From Azolla caroliniana (taxonomy: Eukaryota > Plantae > Polypodiophyta), in assembly GCA_043228905.1 (NCBI GenBank), contig JBHGNT010000018.1, forward strand, positions 5,580,001 to 5,644,000: 64,000 bases of DNA. Direction: 5' to 3'. A program made the position numbers and the translations under genes. Below the pieces are notes generated by a model. It was not told the origin of the DNA. It worked only from the letters and a program-made list of their open reading frames with translations, and made no database searches. Positions 1 to 13,284 of this stretch are shown here, one piece after another (positions within the stretch are counted from its first letter, which is position 1; each line of letters starts with the position of its first letter).

Positions 1-1243
1 GTTGTCGGCGTATTGATTCTACTATGTCTTCCGGTCTTCCCTCCAGTTGTCGTATCCGGACCACTAGTAGTTCTTCCTGGCTCATCTCTTCCTTCCATGG
101 TAGCATTGTCCATGTCGCGATTGCGGTTTCCGTTGGCATTACCGGTGCTTGTCCGGTCATGAGTTCTGCCGGCATGTAATCGGTTACGGAGCTATGCATC
201 GTGTAATCCGCCCATAGTGCATACGGAAGCATCTGTGGCCAATCCTTCACCCTTCCATTGCATGCCTTCGCAATTGCTTTGATAATCGGACTATGTCCTC
301 GTTCGATCTTCCCGTTGGCTTCCGGATTGTATGACGTTGTCAGTGTTAACCGAACTCCATGTTTAGTGAAGAATTCCTTAGTTTTATAAGAGTCGAGTTC
401 TCCCCGATCCGCAATCACTTGTCCTACGCACCCGTACCTGCAAAATACTTCTTCCAAAAGAAATTGACATACCGCAGAACACGTTTTTCTTCGTAGCGCC
501 CGACCTTCTACTTGATTTGTGAGATCTTCCCGAGCTAACACCAAGTACTTCTTTTGTCCGATCCCGGTTGGCATGGCTACAATGTCGACCATCCATTTGA
601 AGTTGATTGTCGGTGAGAATGTCGGATGTAACTCATCTTGGTGTCGAACTCCGGAGTAGATTTGACACTTCTCGCAGCTTTCCGTGAACTCCGCGACATC
701 TTTGTATATATTCTTCCACCAATATCTTTGCTTGATCTTCCCAAATTCGGACATTACCTGGTTTCGTTGCTCTTTTGTCCCGACTACTCGAAGTGGTATG
801 CCACCCGGTCTTTTCGGCTCCCTCCATAAAAATCCATTTTTCAAGAAGAACTTTCGGACTTGCCGTTTCTTCCTTCGGATCTCGGCTCTCTTCTCTTTAT
901 TGTCCGATGATTCCTTGATTTCTCGTAGCATTTTCCCGATCAACAAGCTTTCTCCCTCGTATTCTTCTTCCCGGAATTCTTCGATTACGTCCACCCGACA
1001 TATGTGCTCCGAAGCAAAGTAGTCTTCGGAAACTTCTTCATTATCAGATTCGGTTATGTCATCTCCGAACCACGCCCTTGATAGCATATCCGCTACAACG
1101 TTGTCTTTTCCGGAGATGTGTCTTACCTCCGGATTAAGTGACTTAACATATGCAATCCATCTTAGCATAGCCACATCCGGTATTGTGCAACACCGCATCA
1201 TCCCGAGTATCGGAAGACAATCCGTTTCGATCACTACTTCAAC

Positions 1244-1500
1244 GTTCCTTATGTGCAACGCTCGGCCGCAACCGAGCTTAGAATGATACACAGAAAACGA
1301 GAAATAGAACACGACACAAAGAAGAGGAAGATACACAGGAGGTTTATGTGGAAAACCCCAAACTAGGGGAAAAAACCACGGCAGCCCACAGGCTGCAAAC
1401 TGTCACTATGTAAGAATGTACAAAACAGTGAGTTCACGGAGGCAACGACCTCATGCTCACGATCTTCGCCACAGGCGGCGGTTACAATAGAGGCAACGAC

Positions 1501-1549
<49 letters not shown>

Positions 1550-2150
1550 CAGTTACGCACACTCTCTATTCTTGCACCAACAAGAATGACAACAACTGTA
1601 ACTAAAGTTTGCCCTAAGTCATATTTATACTAATATGACTTTTTGGCTATTTACAAATATAGCCTCGGTGGACTATCAGAAAACATATTTACGAATATGT
1701 CTCTTCATCCGGTTCTCCGTAGCCGGGTACTCCTCATCCGGTTCATACCGGGTCTGCACCATCCGGCTCTCTGTAGCCGGGTACTCCTCATCCGGTCTTC
1801 ACCGGGTCTGCATCATCCGGCCCTCCGTAGCCGGGTACTCCTCATCTGGTTCATACCGGGTCTGCACCATCCGGGTCTCCGTAGCCGGGTACTCCTCATC
1901 CGGTCTTCACCGGGTCTGCATCATCCGGCCCTCCGTAGCCGGGTACTCCTCATCCGGTCTTCACCGGGTCTGCACCTCATCCGGTCTTCACCGGGTCTGC
2001 ACCATCCGGCTCTCCGTAGCCGGGTACTCCTCATCCGGTCTTCACCGGGTCTGCATCATCCGGCTCTCCGTAGCCGGGTACTCCTCATACGGTTTCGGCA
2101 CTGTTCCTCTCCCTTCCCATCCGGAGGGACCTGTCTCCCAAAACCTTTCA
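1244..2150 (-). mobile_element. LTR-like insertion replacing part of Gypsy RT/RNaseH
   Basis: Interrupts pol between the RT FLDDIP motif and the RNaseH C-terminal half. Carries a Copia-like U5 motif (GGTTTTCCACAT, also at ~52861), a (CT)n tract and a 54-bp array. No TSD found. Confidence 0.6.
1706..2090. repeat. Tandem array of ~7 x 54-bp CCGG-rich units
   Basis: GTAGCCGGGTACTCCTCATCCGG recurs at 1719, 1773, 1827 and onward; ORF track shows 18-aa periodicity. Confidence 0.95.
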
Positions 2151-4707
2151 TCGGAATGTCATCTAGGAACGACATCGTTATCTCCGGTATGCAATCCCAG
2201 AGCACCTTGTTCATCGCATTCATCATATGTGCGACTGAGTTCGTCGCGCCTTGTGGTAGCGTACACATCCGGACTAATCCTATCGGTGTCCGCATGGTAG
2301 TGATGTCTCGGCTCTTCACAGCTAGTTGGAATTGGTCATATCCGGAGTATAGGTCTCCGATGGAGTATATCACGCGACCGGCAAATGCTTCCGCAAATTC
2401 GTCCACTATCGGACCTACTCCGGAGTTCCGGATCGTGACCTTGTTCACCGGTTGCAAATCTTGAATAAATCGGAGTGACCCATTCTTCTTCGGAACCGTA
2501 AACCATTGATTTGAGTACGGAGCATTTGATGGCTCTAGAATCCCCATCGCCACCTTCTCTTGGAGCAAGTCGATGATTTTCGGAATATGCGCCCGTGGCA
2601 CCGGAATCGGCTTCAGGTTCCACGGCACATGGTCAATCGTGAAGATCACCATCGGCTCCACTATCTTCGGGTGAACGCATCCTATATCTTTCGATGTAAA
2701 TGCAAATGCTCTCCCATGTCGCTCTAGCATCCCACGGAATCATTCTTCTTCATTCTTTAATAGGAACCCACCTCCACCGATCTGAAGTTTCTTCTAGGTC
2801 TCATCCGTGAAGGCATGTCCGATATCCATGGACTTCCGAAGTGTCGGATCCCCCGAGACTTCTTTCCTCTTTTGTTCACTATTTGCGGGTAACGGTCCCA
2901 CGGCCGGTTTCACTTTCTTCTCCACGGTCTTGTATTTCGTACTTACCATAGCTTCTTCTTTGCGGAGCGCATCCGGCCCCATTTTCACAATGATCTCGTA
3001 CATCTTGACCGACTCCACCGGAATTACCCGGTTTCCCTGGCTTGTATCTTCCGCGAGCTCTTCAAGCCGTTGTAGTGTGCCCCCATAGAACACCTCTTCG
3101 ACTATTCCCATGATTTCTTCGTCTTCTTTTATTATTGATGCCGACCGTAACTTATCCTCCACTTTTCGGTATTCTTTCTTCATTCCTCCGGTTACGGCTG
3201 TGTACGTGGATGCCCCATCCGGACCGATTCGTACTTGTTTTGCACCGAGAGGTTTCTTCCTGTGTGGGGTATCAAGGCTTCTCGGACTATCACTTCCCCA
3301 CTCCGCAATAGTCCGCTCTAAAAATCCATTCTTGTTTGGGACAAGAGCTCTCTCTTGCTCCTTTCATGATTTGCTGGCACCGTTAGGAATTGGACGGATT
3401 TCCCTCCGTTTTGGCTCCGAATTCGCGCAAAAGCCGCACCGCTATCGAGCACCTTCGTCTCCATCCGTGATGCCGTGATAAAAGGTTGCCTGAGGATCAC
3501 GGAGTGTGAAACCTCGTCTTGTACGAAGAAATTTTGGTTGATCTCGACATCCCCGATCTTCACCGTCACATCCGGACAAGCCGCAAATAGATCTTCCGTT
3601 GCTTTAGTGGCCACCCGGATCTTCCACCCATGATTCGTGTTAATAAGCCACTTACCCTTCCGGTAGAATTCCTTGGACATCAAGTTGATCTCCGATCCGT
3701 GATCAATCAATGCTAGCACGGGTTCTTTGATGTTACCGATTCAGACCGGAGTCTCCGTAGTTGCGCGTGCCCAGTGTGGCTTTGTGTAGTGAGAATTCGG
3801 TATTTCGTCCACCAATTCGGTGTCATTCATTAGAACGGTATTTGCATTCACCCTTGGAGCGTTCTCCTCCGTACTTTGCCTTTTTCTCTTCACGAGATCC
3901 ACAAGAAGATCGTGGAACTCCGCTATTTCGAGTAATTCTCGAAGCGAAAATCTACCTGGCTATCGAGGATTCTCTCCTCAAACACCTTTTTCAAGTCCGT
4001 TTGTTGTTCGATGTTTGAGGCGAGCTTGAATGCCAGAATCATCTTTTCTTTTCCCTTACCTCCGGAGTTCCAACTTTCTGGTGTCTTCGATGGACCGGCC
4101 GCCTCATCCGTGCGCCGTCACTTCTCATCTACATACACTTCATGCAATTGGCATAAAGCAAACACGCTATTCTTATCGACGGGGCACTCCCATCCCGTAG
4201 CTTCCCGGATGCCTTCCGCGGTGCTTTGGATCTCGTTAGAGTCGGTTTTCTCGGTGTTTTCTAGCACTTCCGGCCAAAAAGACACCTTTTCTCCCGATGA
4301 CTCCCCGACACGTATTCCCGCGGTTATCACGTAATTTCTCTTCGCTGCTATTTCCTCCTCTAGGACCTTCTTCATGCCGCCCTTTCGGAAGTTCGGTCGG
4401 AGCGGCTACCGAGAGTCCATCGAATGAATCCGATTTCCCTCGTAGTAGATAAGATCTTGTCATAGCACTTCCTTGTGCTCGTCGCAATCCCTCCGATCAT
4501 GTTTGCTGCTATCGCACCATATGCATCGACGGTCCATATACTTGGAACTTGTGGGACGGTCATCCAACTTCTTCACCATCGCGATTTTAGATTCTCCATC
4601 TCCTTCAGCAACTGCTCCACCGTAGTTGCGTCGATTCCCTTCTCAGTTGTAGCTTCCCGAGCCCGCGGTTGATGGTCTTCCGATCCAGATCTCGGTTTCG
4701 GAATCGG

Positions 4708-4820
4708 TTCCGAAACCCTCTTTTCTTCGTTGGCAAGCCATTGCCCCCTCTTTGTGTATTGCCGATTCCGAAACCCTCTTTTCTTCGTTGGCAAGCCATT
4801 GCCCCCTCTTTGTGTATTGC
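4708..4820. repeat. 58-bp tandem duplication frameshifting Gypsy gag
   Basis: TTCCGAAACCCTCTTTTCTTCGTTGGCAAGCCATTGCCCCCTCTTTGTGTATTGC occurs twice. Confidence 0.9.
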
Positions 4821-6326
4821 GCTTTCCCATGTTTTGGTGAGGCCACTCTCGGTAGTCGTGCCCTCTAGAAGCACTCCAAGATCCTTCCGGTCCCGGACGT
4901 CTACGGCTCGTAAGAACATGATAACTTTGTCCGGTACGAGGATAGATTGATCTCTCGCAGACAACCTCCCGAACCGACTTTCGAATGCTGACAACACATC
5001 GAGGACCTTCATCCCCTTGTCCGGCGTTTCTACCCAATCCTCGAATCCTCTCCGCGTTGCCTTGGAGGAGTCCTCGATAGCGAATGTGGTCTTTAGCGCC
5101 TCTTCAAATGCTTCCCACGTCGGATTTTGTTGTCATAGCCCGTGGATACTTGCTTGAAGCCCGTCGGTAGCTACCCGGTTGAAGGATGTCACTTGCAGTC
5201 CTTCCGAAATCCCGCATCGTATCATTTCCGCCTTGTAGTCCCGAAGATAGCGTGATGCGTCCTTTCTGTTGAATTGCCCGATCTGTTGCACGAGCCACTC
5301 TATTGCCGCCGCTATCTCCGACATCGCACGTTGTTCTTGAAGCATCCGCTCGAACATCATCATCATGTTGTTAGCCTCCGGTTGATTTTCCATCTCCTTG
5401 CCACCCGTGTTCACGTTGGGTTCACCACTTGTGTCCTGCCTTACGGCTCCGGATCGTTGCGTGAGTCGGGTGGGAACCGTTGGGGTTTTGGACTAGGAGG
5501 AAAGAAAATTCTAAGGCAATTAAGAATATGAAATATATTGTAAGAAAGAAAGATATGAAAAACTCGTGAATCCCACGAGTATAGTGTATTACTGAGTAAT
5601 CAAATTAAGAGAGAAAAATAGTTAGCAAATTCGTGAATCCCACGATTATATTATATTAATCAACCCTTGTAAAATAATCAACAACCTCTATACATCTTAC
5701 TCTCTTCCTTATATAGTGTTGGAAAAGTCTAAGTTTATCACATGCAAGCATCATGCTTTTCCTATCTTTAGTTTTCATGCACACTGCATGTGCATGATTA
5801 GCTTTCTATCTCATCTTTTCTTTTAACTCGAGTGACTATGCATGAATAACTTTTTGTACCATGCATGTCTAGAAATTTTACATGGGATAAAGTTTAGTAT
5901 AACTTTAAAATTCATAATACGCTAGTATAATGATAAGGCTTAACATTATTATCATGGAGGTGCAAGGTTCGAATCTTGCCCTATGCATGTAATATATATA
6001 TATTTTATACTTTCTTCTATTTACAAATATGTCTCTTCATCCGGTGAGAGACTCTCATCGGCCTTCTTCATCCGGCTCTTTCCGGTTTTGCTTCATCCGG
6101 TGCTTGCTAGTTTTCTTTGTCTGGTTCTTACCGGGACCTCCTTACCGATCTCTTCGTTCGTTTTTCACCGACTCTCACCGGCCTTCTTCATCTGGCTCTT
6201 GCCGGGTCTCCTTACCGGTTTCGGTCCTTACCGGTTCCTTCTTCCGGTTCTCACCGGGTACTCCATGCCCTATCCGGAGAGAACAAAAATGTAATTTTTC
6301 ACGTAGTGTGCTAGTTACTCTACGAC

Positions 6327-9300
6327 ACCGTCGAACACATCATCACATTCATGGGGTATGTAAACCAACTTGTCGCAACCATGTTTCCTCTTGATGATGC
6401 TATGCAGGCCATCCTACTGATGAGCACACTGCCGGATAGATGGGAGAACCTGGTGGTTAGTCTCAGCACCTCCTGCCAAGAAGAGAACTCGTCTTTACAA
6501 GCGCTGAAGACAAGCATCCTGAATGAGGAAGTGAGAAGGAAGGACAAGGGTGTCCTAGTTCAGTCGGAGTCAAATTTGACTCAACACATCGGCAAAGGAA
6601 GGAACCAGCAAAGAAGTCCACCAAGGAGAGAAAAATCTCAAGCTAGGTCGAAGTCCAGAGGAAAGCTTGTGTGCTTCTATTGTGGAAAACCTGGACACTT
6701 CCAAAAGGACCGCCGCCATTTGAGGAAGGAAAAAGGTGTCGGTAATGGCGTTGAACCTAGGAAGATTCTTGATGAAAAGGGCATTTCAACCATTGCTACG
6801 AGCAATAAAGAACCGTAGTTCATTTGTGAATAGACAAGTGCAAACCTTGCGAGGGATGAGTGCATTTGGGTGATCGACTCCGGTGCATCCTTCCACATAA
6901 CTCCGTCGCGAGAGTATTTCTTGACTTACATAGCTGGTGATCATGGTTATGTAAAGTTGGGTGATAGTGGGGAGTGCAAGGTAGCCGAAATCGGAAGTGT
7001 CTGCCTAACAACGTCGACAGGGTGTCGGCTAATTCTCAAGGATGTTCGACTGGAAGATTGGACGACAAGGGCTACAATGGTAGCTTCCGAAATGGTAAAT
7101 GGATGTTCTGCCGAGGAAATCTTATAGTGGCCCGAGCATAGAAAGAAGGCACATTGTATATGATACAAGCCCGACTGTGCAAGTCGGAAGTGAATGTGGC
7201 AACCGACTCAGCAGGACAAATATGGCATAAGAGGCTAGGCCACATGAGTGAGAAGGGACTGCATCTGTTGGCCGACCAAAACCTTCTACCAGAAGTAAAG
7301 GGAGAGCACTTGGAGAAATCCGTCGACTGCTTAGTCGAAAAGTAGAACAAAGCAACATTCCACACACGACCACCTAGAAGAAGAGATGCTGCACTGGAAT
7401 TGGTACACATGGATGTGTGTTATGTAGATACTCCGTTGCATCAAGGCGGACAATACTTTGTGACTTCCAAAGACGACTACAGTCAGAAGTTGTGGGCTTT
7501 CGTACTAAAGTCAAAAGATCAAGTACTGTCATTTTTCAAGGAGTTCCAGGCAAGAGCTGAACGGGAGTCGGGTCGGAGGTTGAAGGCTGTCCGAACCAAC
7601 AATGGTGGTGAATATAAATGGCAGTTTGAGGAATACTGCAAAGCCCAAGGTATTTGAATCGAATACACTGTACCAAAGACCCCTGAGTTGAATGGGCTTG
7701 TAGAGAGGATGAATCGAACAATCATGGAGAGAATAAGGAGCATACTCTCTCATGCTAAACTGCCTAAATCCTATTGGGCTAAGGCGATGTATATAGTTGT
7801 TTATTTGATCAACAGGTCTCCCTCAATGCCATTGAAGGGTGATGTCCCACAGAGGGTGTGGATAGGAAAGGATGTCTCCTACTGACACCTGAGGGTGTTC
7901 AAATGTTTATCGTATATGCATGTGGCTAAGGATCAGAGGTCGAAGCTCGACAACAAGTTGAAACCATGCATATTCATGGGATACTCGGTAGATGAGTTAG
8001 GCTATAGGCTATGGGATCTAGTTGACAAGAAGGTAGTGAGGAGTCGGGATGTAGTCTTCTTGGAAGATAAGAAGATAGAGTACTGGAAGCAACAAAAGTC
8101 GGAATTTACTACCCAGTCGACCTCTACTACTGTCGATTTGAGGCCAAGTGAACCGACACAGTTGGCTGTTCGGAGACAGCCAGTCGGCACAGCCGATTCC
8201 GAGTTGGTTGACTTAGAGAGACCGACCGACTATGAGTCTGAAAGCTGTTAAGGTAGATTGAGTAATATGAGTTGGAGTTGTCCAACCTTGAGAAGCTGAT
8301 CGACATATATGAACCTGAACAAAGAGGAGAGTCGGGAGAGACACCCGAACGAGAGCCGACAACAAGTGGAACGAGCACCGACAACATATGCTAGTCAATG
8401 CATCCTCTTGACTGATGAAGGTGAGCCAGAGTGCTATGATGAAGCCATTGCCGACGAGCACAAAGAGAAATCGTTGAGTGCCATGCAAGATGAGATGGAC
8501 TCCTTGCACGAAAACTACACCTATGGCCTGGTAGAATTACCTAAAGGTAAGAGAGCAATCAGGAACAAATGGGTTTACAAGGTGAAGACTGGAGAGGTCG
8601 TGTGCGGCTAGGTATAAAGCCCGCATTGTGGTGAAGGGTTTCCAACAGAAAAAGGGCATTGACTTTGACGAAATATTCGTTCCAATCGTGAAGATGACAT
8701 CCATTAGAACTGTTCTGAGCATAGCTGCCAACATGCATCTGGATATCGAACAATTGGATGTCAAGACGACATTCTTGCACGGGGAGCTGGGTGAAGAAAT
8801 TTACATGCAGCAACCCGAAGGCTTTGTGGAGAAATGGAAAGAGAGCCTAGTGTGTCGACTGAAGAAAAGCTTGACAAGCTCCACGCCAATGGTACAAGAA
8901 TTTCGAGTCCTTCATGGTGGAACATAGGTTCTAGAAAACACAGGCTGATCATTGTGTGTCCATCAAAAGGTACGATGAAGGTGACTTCTTGATTCTCTTG
9001 TTATATGTAGATGACATATTGATAGTTGGTCAAGATACAAGGAAGATCAGAAGCTTGAAGAAAGCTCTAGGCAAATCGTTTGCCATGAAAGATCTTGGAC
9101 CAGCTAAACAGATCTTAGGGATGCACAAGAGAAATACGTGGTGAAGATCCTAGAAAGATTCAACATGTCAGAAGCAAAGCCAATCGGCTCAGTGTTGCCG
9201 ACTAACTGCAAGTTAAACGGAAAGCAATGCCCGAGTGGGGAGAAAGAAAAGGCTGAGATGAGGAATGTACCATATGCCTCAACCATCGGCAGCTTAATGT

Positions 9301-10497
9301 ATGCAATGGTCTGCACGAGACCATACATAACATTTGCTATGGGAACAATAAGCGGATCCATGAGCAATACAAGATGAGAACATTGGGCAACCATGAAATG
9401 GATGCTCAGGTATTTAAAAGGCACCTCAAGTGTGTTTCTTAAGTATGGTGTTAGAAAACCCATGCTCGAAGGGTTTACCGACTCGGACATGTCGGGGGAT
9501 GTAGACTCAAGCCGATCCATGTCAGGGTACATGATGACCTATGCAGGGGGAGCAGTGTCGTGGCAGTCACGATTGCAAAAGTCTATGGCCTTGTCGACCA
9601 TAGAGGCAGAGTATATGGCAATGGTAGAGGTTGGCAAGGAGCTGATTTAGATGAGAAACTTTCTCAGCGAGTTGGGGATGAAGCAAAAGGATTTCTTGCT
9701 TCATTGTGACAGCCAGAGTGCCATACATCTAGCCAAGAATGTTGCATATGACTCCTGGACCAAGCACATACAAAGAAGGTATCACTGGTTGTGGGAGAAA
9801 GTCGAAGTAGAGTTTACCCTCGTGAAGATCCATATTGGCGACTATGGATCCAATATGCTGACAAAGAACCTATCGATGGAGCGACTTAGAGTCTGTCAAC
9901 AAAGGACAAGAATAATAGACTCCTCCCCACAAGAGTGATGGGGGAGTTTGTTAGGAATAGGTCCCTCTAGTGGGAGGAGTTGACTGTTCGAACAAAGCCA
10001 ACAGTCGAAGACAGGGAGCAGCCGACTAATCGGATGAGTCGGTTGATTACTGAGACTATTATTAATATTAGATAATAATGAGAATGATAGTAGCAGTGGC
10101 TACATTTGTAATTTGTAAATAGCCTATTTAGGGTATAAGTATAAATACACTTAGGGCAAGTTGTGAGTGTTAGTGAGTAGTGCGAACAATGTGTGTGATC
10201 CTCTGTTGTTAATGATAGAGAAGTGTGAGAACGTGAGGTGAGTTTGTGAGAGCGGTGCCATAACTGTGTTCTGTAACAACATATGCCAAGAGCCTTGCGT
10301 AGCTGATACACTCGGCGGAGAGAGTGGTGTACTCTAATATCGTTACTGTATATCCATTGTATAGTGAAGCTACATTCTCCATGGTTTTCTCCCACTTTAG
10401 GGGTTCCACATAAAATCTGTGTACACTTTCTTCTGTGTTTCCGAACTGTGTATTTCAGCGCATTCCTTCTTGTGGATTGACGATTCATTTCTCAACA
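6327..10497 (+). mobile_element. Ty1/Copia (Tnt1/Tork-like) element, 5' part displaced by the Gypsy insertion; decayed
   Basis: gag zinc knuckle CFYCGKPGH, protease IDSGASFH, GAG-pre-integrase WHKRLGHMSEKG, integrase, RT YVDD, RNaseH DSDMSGD. PPT GATGGGGGAG precedes a TG...CA LTR. Many stops. Confidence 0.95.
9949..10497 (+). repeat. 3' LTR of Tork-like Copia
   Basis: TGTTAG...TCAACA immediately after the PPT; homologous to the solo LTR at 43952-44613. Confidence 0.9.
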
Positions 10498-10657
10498 GAA
10501 CACCCATTTGCAGCCGATCGGTTTGCAGTGTCGAGGAAGGTCCACTAGGTCCCATGTGTCCTTGGCATTGAGTGCCTACATCTCTTCCTCCATTGCAACA
10601 TGCCAATTCGCGTCTTTTGCCACCTCTGCGTAGCCGACGGACTCATGCACTTCCGCC
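10498..10657 (-). mobile_element. Fragment of host Copia X (RT N-terminus), continuing the element at 19725-22779
   Basis: Minus strand reads ...KDANWHVAMEEEM*ALNAKDTWDLVDLPRHCKPIGCKWVF. It follows YNEYMAHDYAY at 19725, as in the uninterrupted paralog at ~39330-39150. Confidence 0.85.
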
Positions 10658-13200
10658 TATTGAATATGAGCTTCTAATGGACGTATTCACATCGTCTCCT
10701 TTTGTACACACTAGGCTTAGGCTATTTATGTAAATAGTTAGAAGGGCAGTTGCCCTAAGTCAGTCAGTATATAAACTAACTTTGTAACCTAGTTAGCAGG
10801 GTGATTGCTTTAAGTTGTAATATACTCTTTTGATTCTGCCTAACGGTCTCTCTCTCTCTCACTTTGGCATACTTGTTGTATTGTTTGTCTTTGCTGCTAT
10901 AAAAGTTACGATCTTGTATCCCCTAACGATATTATAGGAGCATATAGAAGAAGAGAGAGTCAACTAAGTTCCGCATTAGATGGCGGTGTTTCCAACATCT
11001 GGTATCAGTGCTTGGTTGTTTGTTTGATTGTGTTGCCACCTTCTATCTAGTCTCCATCAACAACTCTCGTTTGTGTATCCTAAAGATCTTAGTTGATCTC
11101 AACAGGCAACCTACAACAAGATTTTTTACGCGAAGAGAAACGTGACGAAGTCTGCACTCTACTGTTCTAGGTCACTCTTGGTTATGTTACTCGCCGCAGT
11201 CATCTGAAGCAAACACGACTCCAAGGGCAACCCCAATCTATGTCTCATTTGACTGAATGACATTGGGAGGACCAGTCGAATCTGTTCCTCTCATCGTTGT
11301 AGTTAACCGAAATAGGATCGACTTGGAGTGTTGCATATAATCCGTGTTGGGAAATTTTGAAAACACATCGAATCATCAAATCCGGGTTCAACTCGACTAA
11401 GTCAGTTGACAGTAGTCACTCCGAACATGATTCATTGATATTTGTAATCAACACGACTTGTGTCCAACTTCGGCTAGAACAACATTGAGTGAGCCAAGCT
11501 ACTACACTCCATCACAGTTTGTAGCTAACTCCGGACAAAGTCTATTATACCAATATAGATGGCTTCAACATCCGGCTCGTCAAAAATGATTCTAAGGAAG
11601 TTTGATGGATCAAACTTCAACTTCTGGAAGGAGCAGATGCAGGACTATTTAATAGTCAAGGGGCAAATTGACCCCATTGAGAATGAAGACCCTTCAAAAG
11701 GATACAAGTCACTTGAATGGGAAAAGCTCGACAGAATCGTCTGAGCCACCATTCGGATGCACCTATAGGAGATTGTGTACTTCATGGTGCAATCGTGTTC
11801 GACTGCCTTCCAACTATGAAAGATACTTTCGGACACTTACGAAAAGAAAGTCGTCAGCACCAAGATATACCTGATTTGGCGCCTTTATAACCTTTGGATG
11901 AAAGAGTCTGACTAGTCCAGGCACACCTGAACAAGTACAAAAGCTTAAGCTCCCAAATTTCGGCCCAGGGGACAATTATCGAGGATGAACTAAAAACAAT
12001 GTTGTTCATGAGTAGTCTCCCTCCCTCATGGGAAACTTTCGTTACAATTGTGTGCAATGCATTGACAACTGCCGTTAAGTACTCCTCAATCACTCGGACG
12101 TATGTGGTTCTATGCCACATCAATCCCTCGGCGACACTCTTTATTTTGTCAACTTCATTGATGACTTGACTTGAAAGTTGTGGGCAACCAAAGATCGTGT
12201 CTTCTCGATCTTTTCCGATTGGCTCACCATGATTGAGAATTAGTCCAGCTGAAAACTGAAAAGCTTTCAGTTCGATAACGGGGGAGAGTTCAAATAAGAG
12301 GAATTTGTCAAATTTTGTTGACAACGTGGCATTAGACGTGAATTTACGGCACCTCATAGTTCGGAACAGAATGGAATTGCCGAGCGAATGAATCAGACAA
12401 TTCAAGAAAGGATAGTCTCCATGCTCCAACCCTCTGGATTGTCGGATGGCTTCTGGGCAGAGGCCCTACTTACGGCAGTACACATAATCAATATTTCGCC
12501 GAGCAAGCCTCTAGGACTTCGGATCCCTCAAGAACTATGGACCGGCAGTAAGCCAAATTACGACAAGCTGAGGATTTTCGGATGCAAGGCGTACGCGCTC
12601 ATCCCGAAAGATGATCGCCGCAAACTGGCACCAAAGTCTAGGAAATGTATTTTCCTCGGTTATGGAACACAGATGGCGAAATGGGATATTGACTTTGGGA
12701 CCCCGAACACAGACAAATTGTCCGAAGTTCGGATGTCGTGTTCAATGAGTTGGTCATAAATCAATCGTTTGAAAAACCGATTGAAGTCACGAAGGCCCAA
12801 CGCACAACACACGGTCAACTTCATGGGTAGCCGAATTTTCTAACACCGACTCGGAGAATTTCGACTCGGTAACAGCGGAATGATTCGGCTTTGGACCATC
12901 CGATCACAACACTTGAGGCGACTAGTCCAATCATACCTCGAAGATCCGAGAGATTGTCGCAGCCCCCGGAGATATACTCTCATGGTATCTTCTTTACGGA
13001 CGTCGGAGAGCCGACGTCATACGAAGAAGCATTGGCGACAGCCAATTCGGTCACCTACCATTTGGCAATGGAGTCCGAAATAAACTCCATTCATGCAAAC
13101 AACACGTGGGACTTGGTCGAATTACCAAAAAATCGACATGCTCTTCCATGCAAGTGGGTCTATCGAATTAAGGAGACGTCTGATTCGGCCAATCCGACTA
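10658..13200 (+). mobile_element. Ty1/Copia Y: 5' LTR (10658-10997), PBS, gag, internally deleted pol
   Basis: LTR ends CCAACA at 10997; PBS TGGTATCAGTGC at 11000-11011; gag MASTSGSSKMILRKFDGSNF at 11559. gag jumps directly to the integrase core near 12090; RT start CKWVY at ~13150. Confidence 0.88.
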
Positions 13201-13284
13201 CATTGGACGTGTCCTATAATGCTTCAACATGCAATCGGCAAAATCTGCCTCTACCCCGCTCCCTATTAGTACTCGATTGTCTCA

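Larger units (their letters stand above)
1..6326 (-). mobile_element. Ty3/Gypsy LTR retrotransposon, Ylt1/fungal-like lineage (5' LTR, gag, PR, RT, RNaseH, IN; runs off window start); disrupted
   Basis: Minus-strand order gag (~5480-3800), protease (LIDHGSEINLM, 3719-3318), RT (DLYSGYDQ...LPQGATNS...FLDD, 2780-2151), RNaseH (ETDCLPI...NVVADMLSR, ~1243-1060), integrase (HGWHGR, YNPEANGKIERGH, <830). LTR starts TGTCGTAG at ~6326; the same terminus occurs at 48131. Confidence 0.9.

Noticed and set aside
1706-2090. CRISPR-like appearance of repeat arrays (also 32629-32810)
   Set aside because: Head-to-tail repeats with no unique spacers; eukaryotic context; no cas genes.
1635-2464. 221-aa and 273-aa + strand ORFs
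   Set aside because: Products of the stop-free 54-bp array and the antisense of RT.
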